Positions 1 through 12,905 of a DNA stretch of 35,589 nt are shown piece after piece. The notes under the pieces were generated by a model. The model saw only the letters and a list, made by a program, of their open reading frames with translations. It was not told the DNA's origin and ran no database searches. The stretch spans positions 1 through 35,589 of the forward strand of contig NEEC01000281.1 of NCBI GenBank assembly GCA_002189035.1, in the 5' to 3' direction. The stretch is from Utricularia gibba. Its lineage: Eukaryota; Plantae; Magnoliophyta. How positions within the stretch are numbered: the first letter of the stretch is position 1; the number at the start of each line of letters is the position of its first letter. The position numbers and the translations under genes were made by a program.

Positions 1-3000
1 CAAGATATCCACTCGATACCGAAGAGTGCACGAGGCCACCATGAGGTTGTGGCTAGCCACACCCATGGCATCTTAAATGATATCTCGAAATCCGAAATTT
101 CACATCGTCCATGAAATACATATGTTTTGCATGTCAAAAATCACATTCGCATCGAGTCAGGTGTCCCGAGTCACATTTCGCGAACGTGGTGGCCACTTCG
201 TTGCACATCTGAAGGCTAATATAAGGCAATCTTTCGAGCATTTGTGCAGCCTCGGACGAACAAGTTCTCAACACGAAAGAAGACCGGCTCGGAACGAGCT
301 TCGAAACGGTATGATATGTGCAACATGACTCATCACCGTTCGCAAGATATCCACTCGATACCGAAGAGTGCACGAGGCCACCATGAGGTTGGTGGCTAGG
401 GACACACCCTTAAATGATCATCTCGAAATCCAAATTTCACATCGTCCATGAAATACATACGTCTTGCATGTCAAAAATCACATTCGCATCGAGTCAGGTG
501 TCCCGAGTCACATTTCGCGAATGTGGTGGCCACTTCGTTGCACATCTGAAGGCTAATATAAGGCAATCTTTCGAGCATTTGTGCAGCTCGGACGAACAAG
601 TTCTCAACACGAAAGAAGACCGGCTCGGAACGAGCTTCGAAACGGTATGATATGTGCAACATGACTCATCACCGTTCGCAAGATATCCACTCGATACCGA
701 AGAGTGCACGAGGCCACCATGAGGTGGTGGCTAGGGACACACCCTTAAATGATCATCTCGAAATCCAAATTTCACATCGTCCCATGAAATACATACGTCT
801 TGCATGTCAAAAATCACATTCGCATCGAGTCAGGTGTCCCGAGTCACATTTTCGCGAATGTGGTGGCCACTTCGTTGCACATCTGAAGGCTAATATAAGG
901 CAATCTTTCGAGCATTTGTGCAGCCTCGGACGAACAAGTTCTCACACGAAAGAAGACCGGCTCGGAACGAGCTTCGAAACGGTATGATATGTGCAACATG
1001 ACTCATCACCGTTCGCAAGATATCCACTCGATACCGAAGAGTGCACGAGGCCACCATGAGGTGGTGGCTAGGGACACACCTTAAATGATCATCTCGAAAT
1101 CCAAAATTTCACATCGTCCATGAAATACATACGTCTTGCATGTCAAAATCACATTCGCATCGAGTCAGGTGTCCCGAGTCACATTTTCGCGAATGTGGTG
1201 GCCACTTCGTTGCACATCTGAAGGCTAATATAAGGCAATCTTTCGAGCATTTGTGCAGCCTCGGACGAACAAGTTCTCAACACGAAAGAAGACCGGCTCG
1301 GAACGAGCTTCGAAACGGTATGATATGTGCAACATGACTCATCACGTTCGCAAGATATCCACTCGATACCGAAGAGTGCACGAGGCCACCATGAGGTTGT
1401 GGCTAGGGACACACCCTGGCATCTTAAATGATCATCTCGAAATCCAAAATTTCACATCGTCCCATGAAATACATATGTCTTGCATGTCAAAAATCACATT
1501 CGCATCGAGTCAGGTGTCCCGAGTCACATTTTCGCGAATGTGGTGGCCACTTCGTTGCACATCTGAAGGCTAATATAAGGCAATCTTTCGAGCATTTGTG
1601 CAGCCTCGGACGAACAAGTTCTCAACACGAAAGAAGACCGGCTCGGAACGAGCTTCGAAACGGTATGATATGTGCAACATGACTCATCACCGTTCGCAAG
1701 ATATCCACTCGATACCGAAGAGTGCACGAGGCCACCATGAGGTGGTGGCTAGGGACACACCCTTAAAATGATCATCTCGAAATCCAAAATTTCACATCGT
1801 CCATGAAATACATACGTCTTGCATGTCAAAAATCACATTCGCATCGAGTCAGGTGTCCCGAGTCACATTTCGCGAATGTGGTGGCCACTTCGTTGCACAT
1901 CTGAAGGCTAATATAAGGCAATCTTTCGAGCATTTGTGCAGCCTCGGACGAACAAGTTCTCAACACGAAAGAAGACCGGCTCGGAACGAGCTTCGAAACG
2001 GTATGATATGTGCAACATGACTCATCACCGTTCGCAAGATATCCACTCGATACCGAAGAGTGCACGAGGCCACCATGAGGTTGTGGCTAGGGACACACCC
2101 TTCTTAAATGATCATCTCGAAATCCAAATTTCACATCGTCCATGAAATACATACGTCTTGCATGTCAAAAATCACATTCGCATCGAGTCAGGTGTCCCGA
2201 GTCACATTTTCGCGAATGTGGTGGCCACTTCGTTGCACATCTGAAGGCTAATATAGGCAATCTTTCGAGCATTTGTGCAGCCTCGGACGAACAAGTTCTC
2301 AACACGAAAGAAGACCGGCTCGGAACGAGCTTCGAAACGGTATGATATGTGCAACATGACTCATCACCGTGCAAGATATCCACTCGATACCGAAGAGTGC
2401 ACGAGGCCACCATGAGGTTGTGGCTAGGGACACACCCTTAAATGATCATCTCGAAATCCAAAATTTCACATCGTCCATGAAATACATACGTCTTGCATGT
2501 CAAAAATCACATTCGCATCGAGTCAGGTGTCCCGAGTCACATTTTCGCGAATGTGGTGGCCACTTCGTTGCACATCTGAAGGCTAATATAAGGCAATCTT
2601 TCGAGCATTTGTGCAGCCTCGGACGAACAAGTTCTCAACACGAAAGAAGACCGGCTCGGAACGAGCTTCGAAACGGTATGATATGTGCAACATGACTCAT
2701 CACCGTTCGCAAGATATCCACTCGATACCGAAGAGTGCACGAGGCCACCATGAGGTGGTGGCTAGGGACACACCTTAAATGATCATCTCGAAATCCAAAT
2801 TTCACATCGTCCCATGAAATACATACGTCTTGCATGTCAAAAATCACATTCGCATCGAGTCAGGTGTCCCGAGTCACATTTTCGCGAATGTGGTGGCCAC
2901 TTCGTTGCACATCTGAAGGCTAATATAAGGCAATCTTTCGAGCATTTGTGCAGCCTCGGACGAACAAGTTCTCAACACGAAAAAGACCGGCTCGGAACGA

Positions 3001-5134
3001 GCTTCGAAACGGTATGATATGTGCAACATGACTCATCACCGTTCGCAAGATATCCACTCGATACCGAAGAGTGCACGAGGCCACCATGAGGTGGTGGCTA
3101 GGGACACACCCTTAAATGATCATCTCGAAATCCAAAATTTCACATCGTCCCATGAAATACATACGTCTTGCATGTCAAAAATCACATTCGCATCGAGTCA
3201 GGTGTCCCGAGTCACATTTTCGCGAATGTGGTGGCCACTTCGTTGCACATCTGAAGGCTAATATAAGGCAATCTTTCGAGCATTTGTGCAGCCTCGGACG
3301 AACAAGTTCTCAACACGAAAGAAGACCGGCTCGGAACGAGCTTCGAAACGGTATGATATGTGCAACATGACTCATCACCGTTCGCAAGATATCCACTCGA
3401 TACCGAAGAGTGCACGAGGCCACCATGAGGTGTGGCTAGGGACACACATCTTAAATGATCATCTCGAAATCCAAAATTTCACATCGTCCCATGAAATACA
3501 TATGTCTTGCATGTCAAAAATCACATTCGCATCGAGTCAGGTGTCCCGAGTCACATTTTCGCGAATGTGGTGGCCACTTCGTTGCACATCTGAAGGCTAA
3601 TATAAGGCAATCTTTCGAGCATTTGTGCAGCCTCGGACGAACAAGTTCTCAACACGAAAGAAGACCGGCTCGGAACGAGCTTCGAAACGGTATGATATGT
3701 GCAACATGACTCATCACCGTTCGCAAGATATCCACTCGATACCGAAGAGTGCACGAGGCCACCATGAGGTGGTGGCTAGGGACACACCCTTAAATGATCA
3801 TCTCGAAATCCAAATTTCACATCGTCCATGAAATACATACGTCTTGCATGTCAAAAATCACATTCGCATCGAGTCAGGTGTCCCGAGTCACATTTTCGCG
3901 AATGTGGTGGCCACTTCGTTGCACATCTGAAGGCTAATATAAGGCAATCTTTCGAGCATTTGTGCAGCCTCGGACGAACAAGTTCTCAACACGAAAGAAG
4001 ACCGGCTCGGAACGAGCTTCGAAACGGTATGATATGTGCAACATGACTCATCACCGTTCAAGATATCCACTCGATACCGAAGAGTGCACGAGGCCACCAT
4101 GAGGTTGTGGCTAGGGACACACCCATCTTAAATGATCATCTCGAAATCCAAAATTTCACATCGTCCCATGAAATACATATGTCTTGCATGTCAAAAATCA
4201 CATTCGCATCGAGTCAGGTGTCCCGAGTCACATTTTCGCGAATGTGGTGGCCACTTCGTTGCACATCTGAAGGCTAATATAAGGCAATCTTTCGAGCATT
4301 TGTGCAGCCTCGGACGAACAAGTTCTCAACACGAAAGAAGACCGGCTCGGAACGAGCTTCGAAACGGTATGATATGTGCAACATGACTCATCACCGTTCG
4401 CAAGATATCCACTCGATACCGAAGAGTGCACGAGGCCACCATGAGGTTGTGGCTAGGGACACACCTTAAATGATCATCTCGAAATCCAAAATTTCACATC
4501 GTCCCATGAAATACATACGTCTTGCATGTCAAAATCACATTCGCATCGAGTCAGGTGTCCCGAGTCACATTTTCGCGAATGTGGTGGCCACTTCGTTGCA
4601 CATCTGAAGGCTAATATAAGGCAATCTTTCGAGCATTTGTGCAGACGAACAAGTTCTCACACGAAAGAAGACCGGCTCGGAACGAGCTTCGAAACGGTAT
4701 GATATGTGCAACATGACTCATCACCGTTTGCAAGATATCCACTCGATACCGAAGAGTGCACGAGGCCACCATGAGGTTGTGGCTAGGGACACACACCTTA
4801 AATGATCATCTCGAAATCCAAAATTTCACATCGTCCCATGAAATACATACGTCTTGCATGTCAAAAATCACATTCGCATCGAGTCAGGTGTCCCGAGTCA
4901 CATTTTCGCGAATGTGGTGGCCACTTCGTTGCACATCTGAAGGCTAATATAAGGCAATCTTTCGAGCATTTGTGCAGCCTCGGACGAACAAGTTCTCAAC
5001 ACGAAAGAAGACGGCTCGGAACGAGCTTCGAAACGGTATGATATGTGCAACATGACTCATCACCGTTCGCAAGATATCCACTCGATACCGAAGAGTGCAC
5101 GAGGCCACCATGAGGTGGTGGCTAGGGACACACC

Positions 5135-5472
5135 TTAAATGATCATCTCGAAATCCAAAATTTCACATCGTCCCATGAAATACATACGTCTTGCATGTCA
5201 AAAATCACATTCGCATCGAGTCAGGTGTCCCGAGTCACATTTTCGCGAATGTGGTGGCCACTTCGTTGCACATCTGAAGGCTAATATAAGGCAATCTTTC
5301 GAGCATTTGTGCAGCCTCGGACGAACAAGTTCTCAACACGAAAGAAGACCGGCTCGGAACGAGCTTCGAAACGGTATGATATGTGCAACATGACTCATCA
5401 CCGTTCGCAAGATATCACTCGATACCGAAGAGTGCACGAGGCCACCATGAGGTGGTGGCTAGGGACACACCC
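5135..5472 (+). repeat. Representative A-type monomer (338 bp)
   Basis: Carries ATACATACG, GCGAATG, GCAGCC, CCGTTCGC, GAGGTGGTGG and the short junction GGGACACACCC|TTAAA. It differs from consensus by one missing C (gatatcactc). Confidence 0.95.
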
Positions 5473-8189
5473 TTAAATGATCATCTCGAAATCCAAAATT
5501 TCACATCGTCCCATGAAATACATACGTCTTGCATGTCAAAAATCACATTCGCATCGAGTCAGGTGTCCCGAGTCACATTTTCGCGAATGTGGTGGCCACT
5601 TCGTTGCACATCTGAAGGCTAATATAAGGCAATCTTTCGAGCATTTGTGCAGCCTCGGACGAACAAGTTCTCAACACGAAAGAAGACCGGCTCGGAACGA
5701 GCTTCGAAACGGTATGATATGTGCAACATGACTCATCACCGTTCGCATATCCACTCGATACCGAAGAGTGCACGAGGCCACCATGAGGTGGTGGCTAGGG
5801 ACACACCCTTAAATGATCATCTCGAAATCCAAAATTTCACATCGTCCCATGAAATACATACGTCTTGCATGTCAAAAATCACATTCGCATCGAGTCAGGT
5901 GTCCCGAGTCACATTTTCGCGAATGTGGTGGCCACTTCGTTGCACATCTGAAGGCTAATATAAGGCAATCTTTCGAGCATTTGTGCAGCTCGGACGAACA
6001 AGTTCTCAACACGAAAGAAGACCGGCTCGGAACGAGCTTCGAAACGGTATGATATGTGCAACATGACTCATCACCGTTCGCAAGATATCCACTCGATACC
6101 GAAGAGTGCACGAGGCCACCATGAGGTGTGGCTAGGGACACACCCTTAAATGATCATCTCGAAATCCAAAATTTCACATCGTCCATGAAATACATATGTC
6201 TTGCATGTCAAAAATCACATTCGCATCGAGTCAGGTGTCCCGAGTCACATTTTCGCGAATGTGGTGGCCACTTCGTTGCACATCTGAAGGCTAATATAAG
6301 GCAATCTTTCGAGCATTTGTGCAGCCTCGGACGAACAAGTTCTCAACACGAAAGAAGACCGGCTCGGAACGAGCTTCGAAACGGTATGATATGTGCAACA
6401 TGACTCATCACCGTTCGCAAGATATCCACTCGATACCGAAGAGTGCACGAGGCCACCATGAGGTGGTGGCTAGGGACACACCTTAAAATGATCATCTCGA
6501 AATCCAAAATTTCACATCGTCCCATGAAATACATACGTCTTGCATGTCAAAAATCACATTCGCATCGAGTCAGGTGTCCCGAGTCACATTTTCGCGAATG
6601 TGGTGGCCACTTCGTTGCACATCTGAAGGCTAATATAAGGCAATCTTTCGAGCATTTGTGCAGCCTCGGACGAACAAGTTCTCAACACGAAAGAAGACCG
6701 GCTCGGAACGAGCTTCGAAACGGTATGATATGTGCAACATGACTCATCACCGTTCGCAAGATATCCACTCGATACCGAAGAGTGCACGAGGCCACCATGA
6801 GGTTGTGGCTAGGGACACACCCTTAAATGATCATCTCGAAATCCAAAATTTCACATCGTCCCATGAAATACATACGTCTTGCATGTCAAAAATCACATTC
6901 GCATCGAGTCAGGTGTCCCGAGTCACATTTTCGCGAATGTGGTGGCCACTTCGTTGCACATCTGAAGGCTAATATAAGGCAATCTTTCGAGCATTTGTGC
7001 AGCCTCGGACGAACAAGTTCTCAACACGAAAGAAGACCGGCTCGGAACGAGCTTCGAAACGGTATGATATGTGCAACATGACTCATCACCGTTCGCAAGA
7101 TATCCACTCGATACCGAAGAGTGCACGAGGCCACCATGAGGTTGTGGCTAGGGACACACCATCTTAAATGATCATCTCGAAATCCAAAATTTCACATCGT
7201 CCCATGAAATACATATGTCTTGCATGTCAAAAATCACATTCGCATCGAGTCAGGTGTCCCGAGTCACATTTCGCGAATGTGGTGGCCACTTCGTTGCACA
7301 TCTGAAGGCTAATATAAGGCAATCTTTCGAGCATTTGTGCAGCCTCGGACGAACAAGTTCTCAACACGAAAGAAGACCGGCTCGGAACGAGCTTCGAAAC
7401 GGTATGATATGTGCAACATGACTCATCACCGTTCGCAAGATATCCACTCGATACCGAAGAGTGCACGAGGCCACCATGAGGTTGGTGGCTAGGGACACAC
7501 CTTCTTAAATGATCATCTCGAAATCCAAAATTTCACATCGTCCCATGAAATACATACGTCTTGCATGTCAAAAATCACATTCGCATCGAGTCAGGTGTCC
7601 CGAGTCACATTTTCGCGAATGTGGTGGCCACTTCGTTGCACATCTGAAGGCTAATATAAGGCAATCTTTCGAGCATTTGTGCAGCCTCGGACGAACAAGT
7701 TCTCAACACGAAAGAAGACGGCTCGGAACGAGCTTCGAAACGGTATGATATGTGCAACATGACTCATCACTTTGCAAGATATCCACTCGATACGAAGAGT
7801 GCACGAGGCCACCATGAGGTGTGGCTAGGGACACACCCTTAAATGATCATCTCGAAATCCAAATTTCACATCGTCCCATGAAATACATACGTCTTGCATG
7901 TCAAAAATCACATTCGCATCGAGTCAGGTGTCCCGAGTCACATTTTCGCGAATGTGGTGGCCACTTCGTTGCACATCTGAAGGCTAATATAAGGCAATCT
8001 TTCGAGCATTTGTGCAGCCTCGGACGAACAAGTTCTCAACACGAAAGAAGACCGGCTCGGAACGAGCTTCGAAACGGTATGATATGTGCAACATGACTCA
8101 TCACCGTTCGCAAGATATCCACTCGATACCGAAGAGTGCACGAGGCCCATGAGGTGGTGGCTAGGGACACCCCTTAAATGATCATCTCG

Positions 8190-10697
8190 AAATCGAAAAT
8201 ACATACGTCTTGCATGTGGAGTCCAGTCTTTTCGTGTGCACACATCTGAAGGCTAATATAAGGCAATCTTTCGAGCATTTGTGCAGCCTCGGACGAACAA
8301 GTTCTCAACACGAAAGAAGACCGGCTCGGAACGAGCTTCGAAACGGTATGATATGTGCAACATGACTCATCACCGTTCGCAAGATATCCACTCGATACCG
8401 AAGAGTGCACGAGGCCACCATGAGGTGGTGGCTAGGGACACACCCTTAAATGATCATCTCGAAATCCAAAATTTCACATCGTCCCATGAAATACATACGT
8501 CTTGCATGTCAAAAATCACATTCGCATCGAGTCAGGTGTCCCGAGTCACATTTCGCGAATGTGGTGGCCACTTCGTTGCACATCTGAAGGCTAATATAAG
8601 GCAATCTTTCGAGCATTTGTGCAGCCTCGGACGAACAAGTTCTCAACACGAAAGAAGACCGGCTCGGAACGAGCTTCGAAACGGTATGATATGTGCAACA
8701 TGACTCATCACCGTTCGCAAGATATCCACTCGATACCGAAGAGTGCACGAGGCCACCATGAGGTGGGCTGGACTCTTAGGAAATCCAAATTTCACATCGA
8801 TGAAATACATACACCACTTAAGTCATGTCCCGAGTCACATTTTCGCGAATGTGGTGGCCACTTCGTTGCACATCTGAAGGCTAATATAAGGCAATCTTTC
8901 GAGCATTTGTGCCCTCGGATTTCAACATCGTTCCCAACATGACTCATCATACCACTCGATACCGTGCACGAGGCCACCATGAGGTTGCATGATCAAAAAT
9001 CACATTCGAAATACATCGTTGCATGTCAGGTCAGGTCCCGAGTCACATTTTCGCGAATGTGGCCACTTCGTTGCACATCTGAAGGCTAATATAAGGCAAT
9101 CTTTCGAGCATTTGTGCAGCTCGGACGAACAAGTTCTCAACACGAAAGAAGACCGGCTCGGAACGAGCTTCGAAACGGTATGATATGTGCAACATGACTC
9201 ATCACCGTTCGCAAGATATCCACTCGATACCGAAGAGTGCACGAGGCCACCATGAGGTGGTGGCAGCCTCGGACGATGGCTAGGGACACACGCCTTAAGA
9301 ATGATCAGCTCTCGGAAATCCAAAATTTCGAAACGGTATGATATGTGCAACATGACTCACACCGATTACATGACGTCCACTGTCATAAAACCGACAGCAT
9401 CGAGTCAGGTGTCCCGAGTCACATTTTCGCGAATGTGGTGGCCACTTCGTTGCACATCTGAAGGCTAATATAAGGCAATCTTTCGAGCATTTGTGCAGCC
9501 TCGGACGAACAAGTTCTCAACACGAAAGAAGACCGGAACTCGATCATGACTCGAAATTCCAAATTTGATATGTCCATGAAATACATACGTCTTGCATGTC
9601 AAAAATCACATTCGCATCGAGTCAGGTGTCCCGAGTCACATTTTCGCGAATGTGGTGGCCACTTCGTTGCACATCTGAAGGCTAATATAAGGCAATCTTT
9701 CGAGCATTTGTGCAGCCTCGGACGAACAAGTTCTCAACACGAAAGAAGACCGGCTCGGAACGAGCTTCGAAACGGTATGATATGTGCAACATGACTCATC
9801 ACCGTTCGCAAGATATCCACTCGATACCGAAGAGTGCACGAGGCCACCATGAGGTGGTGGCTAGGGACACACCTTAAATGATCATCTCGAAATCCAAATT
9901 TCACATCGTCCCATGAAATACATACGTCTTGCATGTCGTCCCCGAGTCACATTTTCGCGAATGTGGTGGCCACTTCGTTGCACATCTGAAGGCTAATATA
10001 AGGCAATCTTTCGAGCATTTGTGCAGCCTCGGACGAAATCAACATTCGCATCAACATGAGTCAAGGATGACCGGCGAGTCGGACACGAGCGAAACGTGGT
10101 GGCCAACATTCGACACATCTGAAGGCTAATATAGGCAATCTTTCGAGCATTTGTGCAGCTCGGACGAACAAGTTCTCAACACGAAAGAAGACCGGCTCGG
10201 AACGAGCTTCGAAACGGTATGATATGTGCAACATGACTCATCACCGTTCGCAAGATATCCACTCGATACCGAAGAGTGCACGAGGCCACCATGAGGTGTG
10301 GCTAGGGACACACCCTTAAATGATCATCTCGAAATCCAAAATTTCACATCGTCCATGAAATACATATGTCTTGCATGTCAAAAATCACATTCGCATCGAG
10401 TCAGGTGTCCGAGTCACATTTTCGCGAACGTGGTGGCCACTTCGTTGCACATCTGAAGGCTAATATAAGGCAATCTTTCGAAAATTCTCAACATCGTCCC
10501 ATGAAATACATACGTCTTGCAGGGACACCCCTGTCAAAAAAAATTTCACATTCGCATCGAGTCAGGTGGTCCCGAGTCACATTTTCGCGAATGTGGTTTG
10601 GCCACTTCGTTGCACATCTGAAGGCTAATATAAGGAAATCAAAATTTCACATCGTCCCATCGAGTCATTTCGCATGAGTCAGCTCTCGGACGACATC
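8190..10697 (+). other. Cluster of scrambled monomer patches (8190-8245, 8762-9045, 9262-9400, 9535-9575, 9935-10130, 10480-10697); probable consensus/assembly artefact
   Basis: Short (5-50 bp) monomer fragments appear out of register, in the same orientation, between intact monomers. Confidence 0.75.
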
Positions 10698-12732
10698 TGA
10701 AGGCTAATATAAGGCAATCTTTCGAGCATTTGTGCAGCCTCGGACGAACAAGTTCTCAACACGAAAGAAGACCGGCTCGGAACGAGCTTCGAAACGGTAT
10801 GATATGTGCAACATGACTCATCACCGTTCGCAAGATATCCACTCGATACCGAAGAGTGCACGAGGCCACATGAGGTGGTGGCTAGGGACACACCCTTAAA
10901 TGATCATCTCGAAATCCAAAATTTCACATCGTCCCATGAAATACATACGTCTTGCATGTCAAAAATCACATTCGCATCGAGTCAGGTGTCCCGAGTCACA
11001 TTTTCGCGAATGTGGTGGCCACTTCGTTGCACATCTGAAGGCTAATATAAGGCAATCTTTCGAGCATTTGTGCAGCCTCGGACGAACAAGTTCTCAACAC
11101 GAAAGAAGACCGGCTCGGAACGAGCTTCGAAACGGTATGATATGTGCAACATGACTCATCACCGTTCGCAAGATATCCACTCGATACCGAAGAGTGCACG
11201 AGGCCACCATGAGGTGGTGGCTAGGGACACACCTGGCATAAATGATCATCTCGAAATCCAAAATTTCACATCGTCCATGAAATACATACGTCTTGCATGT
11301 CAAAAATCACATTCGCATCGAGTCAGGTGTCCCGAGTCACATTTTCGCGAATGTGGTGGCCACTTCGTTGCACATCTGAAGGCTAATATAAGGCAATCTT
11401 TCGAGCATTTGTGCAGCCTCGGACGAACAAGTTCTCCAACACGAAAGAAGACCGGCTCGGAACGAGCTTCGAAACGGTATGATATGTGCAACATGACTCA
11501 TCACCGTTTGCAAGATATCCACTCGATACCGAAGAGTGCACGAGGCCACCATGAGGTTGTGGCTAGGGACACACCTCATCTAAATGATCATCTCGAAATC
11601 CAAATTTCACATCGTCCCATGAAATACATATGTCTTGCATGTCAAAAATCACATTCGCATCGAGTCAGGTGTCCCGAGTCACATTTTCGCGAATGTGGTG
11701 GCCACTTCGTTGCACATCTGAAGGCTAATATAAGGCAATCTTTCGAGCATTTGTGCAGGTCGGACGAACAAGTTCTCAACACGAAAGAAGACCGGCTCGG
11801 AACGAGCTTCGAAACGGTATGATATGTGCAACATGACTCATCACCGTTTGCAAGATATCCACTCGATACGAAGAGTGCACGAGGCCACCATGAGGTTGTG
11901 GCTAGGGACACACATAAATGATCATCTCGAAATCCAAATTTCACATCGTCCCATGAAATACATACGTCTTGCATGTCAAAAATCACATTCGCATCGAGTC
12001 AGGTGTCCCGAGTCACATTTTCGCGAATGTGGTGGCCACTTCGTTGCACATCTGAAGGCTAATATAAGGCAATCTTTCAGCATTTGTGCAGCCTCGGACG
12101 AACAAGTTCTCAACACGAAAGAAGACCGGCTCGGAACGAGCTTCGAAACGGTATGATATGTGCAACATGACTCATCACCGTTCGCAAGATATCCACTCGA
12201 TACCGAAGAGTGCACGAGGCCACCATGAGGTGTGGCTAGGGACACACCCTTCTTAAATGATCATCTCGAAATCCAAATTCACATCGTCCCATGAAATACA
12301 TACGTCTTGCATGTCAAAAATCACATTCGCATCGAGTCAGGTGTCCCGAGTCACATTTTCGCGAATGTGGTGGCCACTTCGTTGCACATCTGAAGGCTAA
12401 TATAAGGCAATCTTTCGAGCATTTGTGCAGCCTCGACGAACAAGTTCTCAACACGAAAGAAGACGGCTCGGAACGAGCTTCGAAACGGTATGATATGTGC
12501 AACATGACTCATCACCGTTCGCAAGATATCCACTCGATACCGAAGAGTGCACGAGGCCACCATGAGGTGGTGGCTAGGGACACACCCTTAAATGATCATC
12601 TCGAAATCCAAATTTCACATCGTCCCATGAAATACATACGTCTTGCATGTCAAAAATCACATTCGCATCGAGTCAGGTGTCCCGAGTCACATTTTCGCGA
12701 ATGTGGTGGCCACTTCGTTGCACATCTGAAGG

Positions 12733-12905
12733 CTCCCGATGAACGATACATATGTCAACATGACTCATCACCGTTCGCAAGATATCCACTCGATACCGAA
12801 GAGTGCACGAGGCCACCATGAGGTGGTGGCTAGGGACACACATTTAAATGATCATCTCGAAATCATTTCACATCGAGAAATACAGGTGTCAAAAATCACA
12901 TTCGA
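12733..12905 (+). other. Scrambled/deleted monomer patch
   Basis: gaaggct-cccgatgaacgatacatatgtcaacatgac replaces ~110 bp of consensus, and further small deletions occur at 12860-12905. Confidence 0.7.

Noticed and set aside
5121-5128. Telomere-like CTAGGG, once per monomer
   Set aside because: It is a single degenerate hexamer, expected by chance, and there are no TTAGGG or TTTAGGG runs.
5228-5250. CENP-B box (NTTCGNNNNANNCGGGN) suggested by CCCG...CGAA
   Set aside because: The spacing is wrong (10 nt rather than 4 between the T and CGAA). None of the TTCG sites I checked fits.
5363-5402. Hammerhead ribozyme (retrozyme- or viroid-like unit): the minus strand reads GUGAUGAGUC...UUCGAAG, and the monomer size resembles hammerhead-bearing tandem repeats and some viroids
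   Set aside because: The core would need CUGANGA and GAAA. Here C3 is G and GAAA is GAAG, and stem II does not pair beyond one base. The plus-strand CUGAAGG also lacks the core and a stem II. An Infernal search with the Rfam hammerhead models would settle it.
5135-5472. Internal dimer or sub-repeat structure (~170 bp halves, or a ~135 bp offset)
   Set aside because: Only short matches were found (GTGGTGGC twice, CGAGTCA twice, CACAT four times, CTCGGAA/CTCGAAA), with no extended alignment by eye. A self dot-plot with permutation testing would be needed.
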